A program made the translations under genes and the position numbers. This document shows positions 37,256 through 46,699 of a stretch of 64,000 nt of DNA, piece after piece. This DNA is from Minisyncoccota bacterium. Lineage in GTDB: Bacteria; Patescibacteriota; Minisyncoccia; Phycocordibacterales; DATDWN01. Positions within the stretch are counted from its first letter, which is position 1. Every line of letters starts with the position of its first letter. The stretch is taken from assembly GCA_036517395.1 (NCBI GenBank), contig DATDWN010000010.1:33922-97921 (forward strand), read 5' to 3'. The notes below the pieces were generated by a model. That model did no database searches. It was not told the origin of the DNA and worked only from the letters and a program-made list of their open reading frames with translations.

Positions 37256-37768
37256 TTATATTTTCTTACTTTTTATTATTTCCTTCAATCTTTTTATTCC
37301 TCTGTTTATGCGAACCGATATTACATTTACCGATTTGCCGGTTATGGCGGCGATTTCCGAAACACCCAACTCTTCAACATATCTCATGAACAATATTTCG
37401 GAATAAGTCTCTGGAAGGTTTTTTATCAAAACCAACGCTCCCTCTCCGTCCATCTTATCTATCCAAGATTCTCCCGGATTCTCTCCGAAGTCTTGACCAT
37501 CCTCCATTAGCTCATCCAGAGACCTTACACTCGCCCTGCCTTTTTTTCTGTATTCATCTATTACCAAATTGTTCGCTATTTTGTAGAGAAAAGCCTTATC
37601 ATTTTCTACTGCACCATTTTTTGAAATATATACCCATGTTTTCATAAAAACCTCTTGTGTAAAGTCCTTGGCCTTCTCCCTGTCGTTTAGCTTGAAAAAG
37701 ATAAATCGAAAGATTTGGTCAGAGTGGGTGTTGTATGAATCTAGAAATGTCTTTTCGAGGTCCTTCAT
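37256..37768 (-). CDS. ECF-type RNA polymerase sigma factor
   Basis: Region 2 (FTQEVFMKTWVYI) and region 4 HTH (LGVSEIAAITGKSVNVISVRINRG). Confidence 0.8.
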   Translation of the reverse strand: MKDLEKTFLDSYNTHSDQIFRFIFFKLNDREKAKDFTQEVFMKTWVYISKNGAVENDKAFLYKIANNLVIDEYRKKGRASVRSLDELMEDGQDFGENPGESWIDKMDGEGALVLIKNLPETYSEILFMRYVEELGVSEIAAITGKSVNVISVRINRGIKRLKEIIKSKKI

Positions 37769-37934
37769 ATAAGTAGACGTCTTAAATTATTGTTTCTTAC
37801 TTTATCACAAACGTGCCCAAAAAGCCCCCGCTCCTGTAAGAAAGCCATATGATAGGCGTCATAACAGGCGTAAGGGTATTTAAATAGTATCCTTACCTTC
37901 CGTTGATTATTAACCTACATTATTAAAAAAACAT

Positions 37935-38654
37935 ATGAAAAAATATATATCTTATGCACTTACTGTTTCTTGTTTAGGTCTTACTGCTCTGCCTTTGATG
38001 GCCAGCGCTTCGTTGCTTAAATTAGGTGATGAAGAAAAAGCGGAATTAAAGTCTGCTATTAACTCAACTGTTTCGGGTGGTGTAGGCGTTAGTGGAAATG
38101 CTGATGTCAATGCTAATAATAATGGTTTCATTAATAGCGGTAATGCCAACGTTAACAGCAGAACTAACTTCGGGGCAGAAGTTAGGGCTGAGGCTAGATT
38201 AAAAGCAAAGTCAGATGATAGAGGTAATGCAAGCTCAACCTCTGACAAAAATGAGTTAAAGTCTAAGGAAAAAGGTGAGGTCAAGGCCGGTAAAAACGGC
38301 ATGAACTCCTTCGTACAGTGGCTCAAGCAGTTTCGCACCAAAGCAGTTGCTCAAGTTGATGCAATAGCTCCGAAAATATTATTTGAGTCTTCATTCAGAA
38401 TAAATTCCACTTCTTCTCACGTAGTCTGGGTTACAAATGAAAATTCAGATAGTAAAGTATGGTTGAGCACAAGTGCGGGGGTAAGTACAAGCACTACACC
38501 TAGAGCAGTTTCCTCATCAATGTCGCTCTTCCACAACCTAACTGTTTCTGGCTTGGCAACAAGCACAACATATTTTTATGTTGTAGGCAGTACTGACGCC
38601 TCTGGCAACACAATTTACTCAGCTGAGAATTCATTCAAGACCACTCTCCAGTAA
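37935..38654 (+). CDS. Secreted protein with C-terminal fibronectin-III-like domain
   Basis: Signal peptide. TTYFYVVGSTDASGN...FKTT matches the Fn3/PAP-N-like repeat signature also seen in the 46700 and 47752 proteins. Confidence 0.55.
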   Translation: MKKYISYALTVSCLGLTALPLMASASLLKLGDEEKAELKSAINSTVSGGVGVSGNADVNANNNGFINSGNANVNSRTNFGAEVRAEARLKAKSDDRGNASSTSDKNELKSKEKGEVKAGKNGMNSFVQWLKQFRTKAVAQVDAIAPKILFESSFRINSTSSHVVWVTNENSDSKVWLSTSAGVSTSTTPRAVSSSMSLFHNLTVSGLATSTTYFYVVGSTDASGNTIYSAENSFKTTLQ

Positions 38655-38736
38655 CAGATGATAGGAAGTTTTGTGTTTTTTCGTATACAAAATCCGCCTC
38701 CCTCGGATTTTGTACACTAGGGGGGCGGGTGGTTAG

Positions 38737-39453
38737 TCAGCCCCCAATAGTTTTCAAGAGGGCGTTGATTTTTCTCATCTGATCATTGGCACCAATGCTC
38801 TGTGCCATCAGAAGCGCCCGCAGAAGATAGGTGCGGGCCCTGTCATGGTCCTTCATCTCGGGTTTGAGAAACAACTCGCCGGCCTTGCGCAGGACCCGAG
38901 AGAACTGAGCCTTGGCCTGTAGTCGGTTTGGCTCCTGCCGGATTTCCTTGTCCATGGCTACCGCCGTCTCAACCAGGCTCATGATCTCGTTGCGGTTGAA
39001 GTCGGTAGCGTAGATGGTTTCAGCCAGGGTCATCCTGACCAAGGCTCTCTGATGGGCCTTCGCGCCATCTGTGGCTGCTAGAGCCACAGCCCTTCGGGCC
39101 AAGAAAAGCGGCCCCAGATCCTCTGACTGCTTCAGACGGGATGGCTGTCCCACAGTGATTCCTGGGATTCTTGCCCGCGCCTTGAGCAAGAACTGCACCA
39201 GAACATCGAGCTGGGTGTGGCTGCACTTCTTGTATTGTAACCAGAGAAATGTAGCGTGGATGGTGCCGAAGATGCAGAGTTGCACAGGGTGTTGTCGTGC
39301 CACGCTGATGTAGGCCGATAGCATGATGCTGTGGCCTTGGATGTACCGTCCCCAGTTCCTGCATTTTCGGGCGTCAGTTCGAGCCATGGCCAGGGCGTCT
39401 GGGTGGCCCTTCCACATGGCTTCCGCCGTGTTTGCCGGTTTTCTGGTTTCCAA
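38737..39453 (-). CDS. Hypothetical protein; GC-rich (about 57% GC)
   Basis: 238-aa ORF. Compositionally distinct island. Confidence 0.4.
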   Translation of the reverse strand: METRKPANTAEAMWKGHPDALAMARTDARKCRNWGRYIQGHSIMLSAYISVARQHPVQLCIFGTIHATFLWLQYKKCSHTQLDVLVQFLLKARARIPGITVGQPSRLKQSEDLGPLFLARRAVALAATDGAKAHQRALVRMTLAETIYATDFNRNEIMSLVETAVAMDKEIRQEPNRLQAKAQFSRVLRKAGELFLKPEMKDHDRARTYLLRALLMAQSIGANDQMRKINALLKTIGG

Positions 39454-39526
39454 GTATCCTCCTCTCCAGACGCGGTGTGCGTCTGATAATTTCCGAGTTC
39501 AGATTATCACGAGAGTTTAGTTTTGT

Positions 39527-40345
39527 CTAGTATTTGTTTTTTCTTTTCCTATCTTTTAATATCATTTTTAACATTAAGAATATAAAAACAACAGATAACA
39601 CTAAACCAAAATAAAACAGTAATTTAGAACTGACAACAGCGAAAACAGCGTTTGCCAAATGTTTTTGGGTCGTTGGAAGAAAGCCTGTTTCTTGGGTTTT
39701 TGCGGATTGAGTATTGCCCGTTGATTTTGTATTATTTTCAACTTTTTTTGCTAAGGATTTTTCCGCTGTTGTACGCAAAGATTCTGTCATGTTATAAATC
39801 GAACTCAATACTCTTTTTACTATTGGTGTGGATGAGGCAATACCAGCTTGGATAGTATTAGTCACTAGGTTTATAGTTTGGGTCGCCTTCGATGGTGGTG
39901 TTGGTGGTGGGGGAGGCGGAGCAGGTTCGACGTTTATACTTTGACTTCCAGTGGTTTGGTTTGCCACGCTGACGGCAGTTTTGGTATTTGTATCAAACAC
40001 TTCGCTAATTTTGGCTAAAACCAAATGTTTACCGGCTGAAGCTGTCCATGATACAGACTCGACTTGTGTTTCACCCGCGGGAACAGTAAAGCTATTCGTG
40101 CCAACGACAATATCATCGATCAAAAAATCTAGTTTTCCTGTAATTGAGTTTTGACTGCTATTATATAGGACTGTGAAAATATTTACTGAATTTCCTGCGG
40201 TAACATTGCTTTTGGATACCCAAACTGAGTTTGGAGCAAAACCCGCTGACAAATCACTTCCTGCAGAGGCTATTTTCGGTCCGATTTGCAAAAGTAAAAA
40301 TAGTAAAAAAATCAATCGAAAATATTGCATATATTTATTATACAA
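39527..40345 (-). CDS. Secreted/anchored protein with poly-Pro linker, downstream of ECF sigma
   Basis: Signal peptide, PAPPPPPPTPPSK linker and a C-terminal TM helix. Confidence 0.5.
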   Translation of the reverse strand: MYNKYMQYFRLIFLLFLLLQIGPKIASAGSDLSAGFAPNSVWVSKSNVTAGNSVNIFTVLYNSSQNSITGKLDFLIDDIVVGTNSFTVPAGETQVESVSWTASAGKHLVLAKISEVFDTNTKTAVSVANQTTGSQSINVEPAPPPPPPTPPSKATQTINLVTNTIQAGIASSTPIVKRVLSSIYNMTESLRTTAEKSLAKKVENNTKSTGNTQSAKTQETGFLPTTQKHLANAVFAVVSSKLLFYFGLVLSVVFIFLMLKMILKDRKRKNKY

Positions 40346-40414
40346 TACAGTGGTATTTCTGCACTAATTTATGAGGAGACTCGAAATGAAGTTTTGAAAA
40401 CTTAAAAAATCTGT

Positions 40415-40927
40415 CTAGACAAAGTTGTATAAAAGTTTCAGTTTTTCCAAGCCACGGTGGATTTGTACCGCCAGAGCATTTTTTGTCTCTCCTGTGACAA
40501 GGGACATTTCAGAGAGCGATAGGTTTTGTGTAAATCGCATACGCATTACTTTTTGATATTTTTCCGGCAGATGAGCGATAAGTAGGAATGCTGACTTACC
40601 ATCCAAGACGTCAACTAGATGCTCGGAGTCGTCACTCCCTAGGCTGAAGCCATTATCCAGAAGCGTATCGAGAGATGTTGTTTTGCGCTTTCTATACTCA
40701 TCTATAATAAGACAGTTCAGAGCGTGGTAGAGAAAAGCCTTCATAGTATCGATTTTGCCACCCTTGATCAGATAATTCCATGTTTTCATGAAGGTGTCCT
40801 GTACCAAATCCTCACTTAGTTGGCGATTGTTTACCTTGAAGAATGAGTGTTTACAAAGACCGCTCTGGTGGTCTCTGTAAGCCAGAGTCATGGTTGTGTT
40901 CATTTGAATTCGTTCTCTCTCTGTCAT
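40415..40927 (-). CDS. ECF-type RNA polymerase sigma factor (paralog)
   Basis: DLVQDTFMKTWNYL region 2 and a region 4 HTH. Confidence 0.75.
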   Translation of the reverse strand: MTERERIQMNTTMTLAYRDHQSGLCKHSFFKVNNRQLSEDLVQDTFMKTWNYLIKGGKIDTMKAFLYHALNCLIIDEYRKRKTTSLDTLLDNGFSLGSDDSEHLVDVLDGKSAFLLIAHLPEKYQKVMRMRFTQNLSLSEMSLVTGETKNALAVQIHRGLEKLKLLYNFV

Positions 40928-41088
40928 AGCAGTGTTATCAAAATTTAATCTTAATTTAATAATAGTATTCTTGTGTTTGTCTTAAGTCAACTAACCAAGA
41001 ATCAATAACTGTGTTGTAATACGTTTAATTTAATAAGAAGTTAATGATGTTCCTTGCAAATCTTAATAATAGGTGATAGACTCTATGT

Positions 41089-41757
41089 ATGGCAATTCTG
41101 ATTATTGAGGATGAAAAAAAGCTGGTGGATATAATAAAACGCGCTCTGAAAAGTGAGCGTTATTCTGTCGACACAGCATATGATGGACAAGAAGGTCTTG
41201 AGAAGGCCATGAAGAACAATTACTCCTTGATTATTCTTGATATTATGCTTCCGAAAAAGGATGGGTTGACTGTATGTAAGGACCTACGGGCCCGAAATAT
41301 TCATACTCCAATCATAATGCTAACTGCCCGAGGCACGGTGGAAGACAAGGTAAGAGGGCTTGATGTTGGGGCGGATGATTACCTTATAAAACCTTTTGGG
41401 ATAAAAGAACTTTTTGCTCGAATTCGCGCTGTTTTGAGACGAAGAAAAACTACTGATTCGGATATAAAAAAAATTGCTAATCTGGTAATGGATAAAAAGA
41501 AACACGAGGTTACTCGCGCGGGCAAAATTATTGACCTCACACCAAAAGAGTACAAGCTTTTAGACACACTTCTAACGAGAATGGGGGAAGCGGTAAAGAG
41601 GCGAGATCTCATTGATCATGCTTGGGGGCCAGAATTTAAAGAGACAAACAATGAACTGAATGTTCATATTAAATATCTGCGTAACAAAATAGACGCTGGC
41701 AAAAACAAGCCCTTGATACAAACAATACGCGGAGTCGGTTTTGTTTTGAAAGAATAA
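41089..41757 (+). CDS. OmpR-family response regulator
   Basis: Receiver domain (D in ILDIMLP) plus a winged-helix trans_reg_C domain. Confidence 0.9.
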   Translation: MAILIIEDEKKLVDIIKRALKSERYSVDTAYDGQEGLEKAMKNNYSLIILDIMLPKKDGLTVCKDLRARNIHTPIIMLTARGTVEDKVRGLDVGADDYLIKPFGIKELFARIRAVLRRRKTTDSDIKKIANLVMDKKKHEVTRAGKIIDLTPKEYKLLDTLLTRMGEAVKRRDLIDHAWGPEFKETNNELNVHIKYLRNKIDAGKNKPLIQTIRGVGFVLKE

Positions 41758-41762
41758 AAATA

Positions 41763-42914
41763 GTGAAAAAAAAGCCAGAAAAAGAAATAGAAACAAAATT
41801 AAAAGAGTCGGAGATCAGATACCGACGTCTTTTTGAGACAGCCCATGATGGAATACTTATACTTGATTCAAATACCGGACAGATTACAGACGTCAACCCT
41901 TTTTTAGTCACTTTGTTGGGTTATTCTAAAACTGAACTATTGAATAAAAAACTGTGGGAAGTCGGGGCGTTTAAAAACATGAAAGCCTCAAAGGACGCTT
42001 TTAAAATTCTTCAAACACAAGGTCATTTGCGTTATGACAACTTACCCCTAGAGACAAAAGGAGGCCAACCTGTTGAGGTTGAGTTTGTCAGTAACTCATA
42101 CATGGCGGGAGATACTCTGGTTATACAGTGCAATATAAGAGATATAACTGAACGCAAGAGACTCGATCTGATAAAAGAAACAGAACGGCTTCTTCAAGAA
42201 GAGAAGTTAAAAGTGGAATCAATCGCCGACGCCACGCATGAACTTCGTACTCCTATTGCAATAATAAAGGGCAATGTTGATCTAGCCATGCAGGATAAAA
42301 GTAAAAACCCCAAACCGGCAAAGAGTGCCCTCAAAGCCATAAACTATGAGGTAAAGCATCTTAGTAGTATTTTGGCGGATTTGTCTTTGGTAACTTCAAA
42401 AGCTTGGGAATTAAAAAATAGAATTGTTTATGAAAAACTAAATCTGAAATCCCTCGTAACAACTGTAGTGGAGAGGTGTAAAGCTTTGGCTTATAAGAAA
42501 AATATCTCCATAACTACTAGAAATATACCAAGCATAACTCTGGTAGGAGATAAAGTTTATTTAGAAAAAATGTTGGTCAATCTGGTAAAGAACTCGATTA
42601 TTTATGGTAATAGAGATGGTTATACAAAAATCTCAGTAGATAAATCCAAAGAGTTTGTTACGATAAACATAACAGACAATGGAATCGGAATATCGGAAGA
42701 AGATTCACCGCATGTATTTGAGAGGTTTTATAGAGCTGATAAATATCACACTAGTGGTGGAAACAGTATTGGTCTGGGATTGGCTATTGTAAAATGGATT
42801 GCGGAAATTCATGGCGGTACAGTCAGCGTCAAAAGTGTAAAAAATAAAAATAACGCCAAGGGCAGTGTTTTTAGCGTCTCCTTGCCTTTGAAAAACAAAT
42901 CTAAAGCCACTTAA
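41763..42914 (+). CDS. PAS-domain sensor histidine kinase
   Basis: PAS domain, HisKA H-box ATHELRTPIAIIKG, and HATPase_c N/G boxes. Confidence 0.85.
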   Translation: MKKKPEKEIETKLKESEIRYRRLFETAHDGILILDSNTGQITDVNPFLVTLLGYSKTELLNKKLWEVGAFKNMKASKDAFKILQTQGHLRYDNLPLETKGGQPVEVEFVSNSYMAGDTLVIQCNIRDITERKRLDLIKETERLLQEEKLKVESIADATHELRTPIAIIKGNVDLAMQDKSKNPKPAKSALKAINYEVKHLSSILADLSLVTSKAWELKNRIVYEKLNLKSLVTTVVERCKALAYKKNISITTRNIPSITLVGDKVYLEKMLVNLVKNSIIYGNRDGYTKISVDKSKEFVTINITDNGIGISEEDSPHVFERFYRADKYHTSGGNSIGLGLAIVKWIAEIHGGTVSVKSVKNKNNAKGSVFSVSLPLKNKSKAT

Positions 42915-42982
42915 GAAGCTATATTTTTGTTGTTTATTTAATTCTACTTGTGTGATATAAAGCAGGGAGAAAGAGGTGCCAG

Positions 42983-43807
42983 ATGACAATGACAAAGCAG
43001 GCTCTGCTTCTGAGACTTGCCCAAGTTGTCTCCCTGGAACAGAGGGAACAGCTTCGGCAAACTTGGAACAGAAATGTTTCCAGCCCTGCCGCTTTCCTGC
43101 CACACGAGAGGGTGGGGAAAGTGAGCATAGAGGAAGCGGAAGCGAACAACAAGGACCTTGGGAATTTCAGCACCGGTTTTGTCCGGCGCTGTCTTGCCCA
43201 GTTCGCAACCACGCAAGGGAAGGTTCGGCGCGAGATTGAGAGGAAGAAAATCATCGCTGTCGGTTACGGCCGCGGCTATGATTCTCCGTGGATCTATGAA
43301 GCAGGACTGGCGGGGCTGGCCACTTGGTGGATTGATGTGTCGGATAAAGCTTTGGAATTGGCCTGGCCAGACATCGAGGCCCAGGTCTACGCTTCAGAAG
43401 CTCGTGGAGTTTCATGTCCATCCCCCGGCGTGAGGCTGGGAGAAATCCATACAGTTCTCTCAGACCCAAGCAGTATTGGTCTGGAAGATCTGTCCACCAT
43501 TTCGGCTTGGTACTTCGGTCGGACCCTCGGTTGTCTATACAAGTGGAGTGCTCCACTCGTTCTCCAGGAGGTGGGTCAAACCTTGAGTGAGGATGTGGAT
43601 CCCCTTAAGGAGAACCAGATTATTATTGTGCAGGGACTGCAGGATAATAATCAAGGCTATGTCAGCTGTACCAGCACTCTGCACCGTAGGACAATGATTC
43701 AACGAAATATAAGGAAAGGAGCTGGACGCTCTGTTGAGATCGCCCTTGAAGATACACACCCGTATTACGATAAAATCGTAACGGCGATGTGCTTCAAAGC
43801 GATCTAA
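42983..43807 (+). CDS. Hypothetical protein; GC-rich insert between two kinase genes
   Basis: 274-aa ORF at about 55% GC. IIAVGYGRGYD faintly resembles a Rossmann-like motif. Confidence 0.4.
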   Translation: MTMTKQALLLRLAQVVSLEQREQLRQTWNRNVSSPAAFLPHERVGKVSIEEAEANNKDLGNFSTGFVRRCLAQFATTQGKVRREIERKKIIAVGYGRGYDSPWIYEAGLAGLATWWIDVSDKALELAWPDIEAQVYASEARGVSCPSPGVRLGEIHTVLSDPSSIGLEDLSTISAWYFGRTLGCLYKWSAPLVLQEVGQTLSEDVDPLKENQIIIVQGLQDNNQGYVSCTSTLHRRTMIQRNIRKGAGRSVEIALEDTHPYYDKIVTAMCFKAI

Positions 43808-43871
43808 AATGGCGGACGGGAAAGAGGGGAAACCCTTGCTCTCGGCCGCCATTTGTTGTAGTTTATAGGAT

Positions 43872-45092
43872 ATGATTTTGGATAAGATTACTCAGTTGAA
43901 TCAAACTGTTCTGGAATGTCTGGGGGAGACTAGTGAGATTAAAATAGTTAAAGCTTTTACTGAAGCAGGTTTGCAGGTTCTTCATGCTGATTTTGGTTTT
44001 GTGTGGCTTAACTCTGCCAAGTCTCATGCTTTAGAGTTAGTTTATAAAAGTCCAAATCTACCCTATATGCCAGTTGTTCCACGTGAAGAAGGTAGAAACT
44101 ACCGAGTTCTAGAGTTTTCTACTCCTGATTTTGTAACTGACGTAAAAAAAAGAATGGATAAATATGATGTTAGCTCCTACATGAAAAGCTTTGTTATTAT
44201 TCCTCTGGTCTATAAGCAAGCAGTTTATGGCACTATGGTTTTGTGTTTCAAAAAATCGGAATCTTTCTCAAAGGAAAAGAGAATACTCAGTGTTTTTATT
44301 GGAAACAGCATAGCTCAAACCGTTACCATTCGTAGACTTGCTATAAACGAACAAGAAGCCAGAATCTTGTCTGAGAAAAGAGAGCTACTTCTCAATGAAG
44401 AAAAAGTTAAAACAGAATTTATTGCGAACACAACCCATGAGTTTCGTACACCTCTTGCTATTATAAAAGGAAATATTGACCTAGTTTTAATTAATGATTC
44501 AAAAGGAGTAAAGTCTGTTAAAAACACACTTGTTGCTATTAATCATGAGGTGGAATATTTATCGAATATTCTTGCAGATTTGGAATTGCTCACCTCTGAA
44601 AGAGGATCAGTAAAAAATAGAATTGTTTCGAAAGAAGTTAATATGGCAGATTTAATCAGTCGGATTATAAAAAGATGTCAGGCTATCGCTCACAAGAAAA
44701 ATATTTCTATAAAAGCAAAAAATATTCCAAGGATTATTTTGATGGGGGACACTGTCTATTTGGAAAAAGCATTCTTAAACCTTATTAGAAATGCAGTTAT
44801 TTACGGACGAGAAGGAGGATGGATAAAAATTGATGCAGTAAAGATTGGAAGGTCGGTAGAAATAAAAATAAAAGACAACGGTATTGGGATTGATGAAGAA
44901 GACTTGCCACGTATTTTCGATCGTTTTTATAGGGCCGATAAATCGCACAATCGAAGTTCAAAAAATACCGGGCTCGGTTTAGCCATCGTCAAATGGGCGG
45001 TAAATTTGCATGGTGGAAATGTCAGTGTGAAAAGTCATAAGAATAAAGGATCGACTTTTAATGTCATTTTACCTATATTAAAACAGGGTTAA
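43872..45092 (+). CDS. GAF-domain sensor histidine kinase (paralog)
   Basis: H-box NTTHEFRTPLAIIKGNIDL, closely similar to the first kinase. HATPase_c domain. Confidence 0.8.
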   Translation: MILDKITQLNQTVLECLGETSEIKIVKAFTEAGLQVLHADFGFVWLNSAKSHALELVYKSPNLPYMPVVPREEGRNYRVLEFSTPDFVTDVKKRMDKYDVSSYMKSFVIIPLVYKQAVYGTMVLCFKKSESFSKEKRILSVFIGNSIAQTVTIRRLAINEQEARILSEKRELLLNEEKVKTEFIANTTHEFRTPLAIIKGNIDLVLINDSKGVKSVKNTLVAINHEVEYLSNILADLELLTSERGSVKNRIVSKEVNMADLISRIIKRCQAIAHKKNISIKAKNIPRIILMGDTVYLEKAFLNLIRNAVIYGREGGWIKIDAVKIGRSVEIKIKDNGIGIDEEDLPRIFDRFYRADKSHNRSSKNTGLGLAIVKWAVNLHGGNVSVKSHKNKGSTFNVILPILKQG

Positions 45093-45096
45093 GTCA

Positions 45097-45278
45097 AACC
45101 CCATCTCAAAAATAAACGCCAATAATAAAACAAGATTCTTGCCTAACCAAACATTCAAATTTCGGTAAAAAATAGAGTTTCGCCACTCAACATATCCAGA
45201 TATGTTTTGTGTCTCATCCTCTATTTTTCCCTCGAAATTTGAATGTTTGGTTTAGTCATTATTTTTGAGATGGGGTTT
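45097..45278. repeat. 182-bp hairpin-forming palindromic element (arms aaaccccatctcaaaaataa...ccaaacattcaaatttcg)
   Basis: Long inverted repeat with one about 28-bp insertion in the left arm. Inner palindrome aacatatccagatatgtt. Confidence 0.7.
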
Positions 45279-45389
45279 TCAACAGTTTGTGAACAGCTTG
45301 TGCCCTTTTAGGGTTTATTTTTTATTGACTTATTTATTTTGTGATAATAGAATATTAATATTAGATTAAGAATTAATAATTAGTTAATA

Positions 45390-45527
45390 CATCCGCACAC
45401 TAACTTTACTCTTGTCTCCCTGTTGCTACATTAAGAGTCAAGCAAAAGTTAGGGATCATATCTGAGTTTAAGATGTACATCTAGATTTTGAGACTGGATG
45501 CAATGAGAGCAAAGTTAGTGTGCGGAT
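45390..45527. mobile_element. MITE-like element family 1 (CTAAC variant)
   Basis: catccgcacactaactttactcttgtctccctgttgc...gcaatgagagcaaagttagtgtgcggata. Ends 9 bp before the ATG of the 45537 gene. Confidence 0.8.
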
Positions 45528-45536
45528 AAATAAATC

Positions 45537-45800
45537 ATGTTAAAAAGAATTAAATCAATAATAGAGGATTCGATGTCAAATCAAACAAGAAACATAAAAA
45601 GTGGATTTAGGGCTTTAACAATGTGCAAGAAGTGCTACACATTTTATTACAAAAAAGCTTGGCATTTTGAAAGGCCGGAGTATCTGGATGATTATGTTGA
45701 GCAAGAAGTACCTGTGCGCTTTACAGAGTGTCCAGCCTGCTTGGAACAGGATGAAGCTTTGTTTGAAAAAGAATCAAGTTTAGTTTTGAGTAGAGTATAG
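45537..45800 (+). CDS. Small zinc-ribbon protein (87 aa)
   Basis: CKKC...CPAC cysteine pairs. Confidence 0.4.
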   Translation: MLKRIKSIIEDSMSNQTRNIKSGFRALTMCKKCYTFYYKKAWHFERPEYLDDYVEQEVPVRFTECPACLEQDEALFEKESSLVLSRV

Positions 45801-45859
45801 AAGCCCAAGTCAGAAAATATGTTTTTGTTTTGCAATATCTAGCCGCTACCAACGGCTAG

Positions 45860-46450
45860 ATGGATATGAGTACAAATAAAAAAGAAGGTAAGGGGAATCT
45901 GGAGTCTATTGAGGCTGATCTAGGAGAGCATTTCTGGGAAAATAGTTGTTGGCCATATATTAAAACTATCGTTGATGTTGTTCGTGAGCCTGTTTTGATT
46001 CTCGACAAAGATCTCCGAGTAATGATTGCTAACGAGCCTTTTTATAGGGTTTTTCAGGTGGAGGCCAAAGACACTGAAAAAAAGCTTGTTTATGAGCTGG
46101 GCAATGGCCAATGGGATATTCCTGCTCTGCGAAAACTTCTGGAAGATATTTTGCCAAAGAACACTGTTTTCAAGGGTTTTGAAGTTATACACCAATTTCC
46201 CTTTGTTGGGCGTAAGGTAATAATTCTAAATGCTCGTCAGATTCACTTCAAGGATCACGCTGCTTCGGAATTTTTTCCACCTATTATGCTCCTTGCCATG
46301 GAAGATGTGACAGAAATGATGATTATTGCCGAGAAACTTGCTGGACAAGCTAATCAGGTTGAAACCAAAATGTTGGACAGAACGCGCAGATTGGAAGCTC
46401 ATTTATTAAGGTTGGAAAAAGATTTTAACGAACTGAAGCTAACGCTGTAA
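45860..46450 (+). CDS. PAS-domain protein
   Basis: PAS-fold pattern (VLILDKDLRVMIANEPFYRVFQV...GNGQWDIP). Confidence 0.5.
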   Translation: MDMSTNKKEGKGNLESIEADLGEHFWENSCWPYIKTIVDVVREPVLILDKDLRVMIANEPFYRVFQVEAKDTEKKLVYELGNGQWDIPALRKLLEDILPKNTVFKGFEVIHQFPFVGRKVIILNARQIHFKDHAASEFFPPIMLLAMEDVTEMMIIAEKLAGQANQVETKMLDRTRRLEAHLLRLEKDFNELKLTL

Positions 46451-46558
46451 TATTTTGAACATTAAAACGGCATTAATAATGTTAGGTCAAATCAAAGGTC
46501 GGCCCATACAAACAAAAACACAATATACAAAACAATAGGATTAAATTAATAAATAATT

Positions 46559-46692
46559 CATCCGCACACTAACTTCCGTTTTGTCTCCCAGTTGCGACAT
46601 CGGTGGTTATACAAAAGATGCCTTATCCCTAAACGGGGATGTGCATCTAAACTCTGAGACAGGGCAACGAGACAGAAGTTAGTGTGCGGATA
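46559..46692. mobile_element. MITE-like element family 1 (CTAAC variant)
   Basis: catccgcacactaacttccgttttgtctcccagttgc...gacagaagttagtgtgcggata. Ends 7 bp before the ATG of the 46700 gene. Confidence 0.8.
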
Positions 46693-46699
46693 AAATAAT

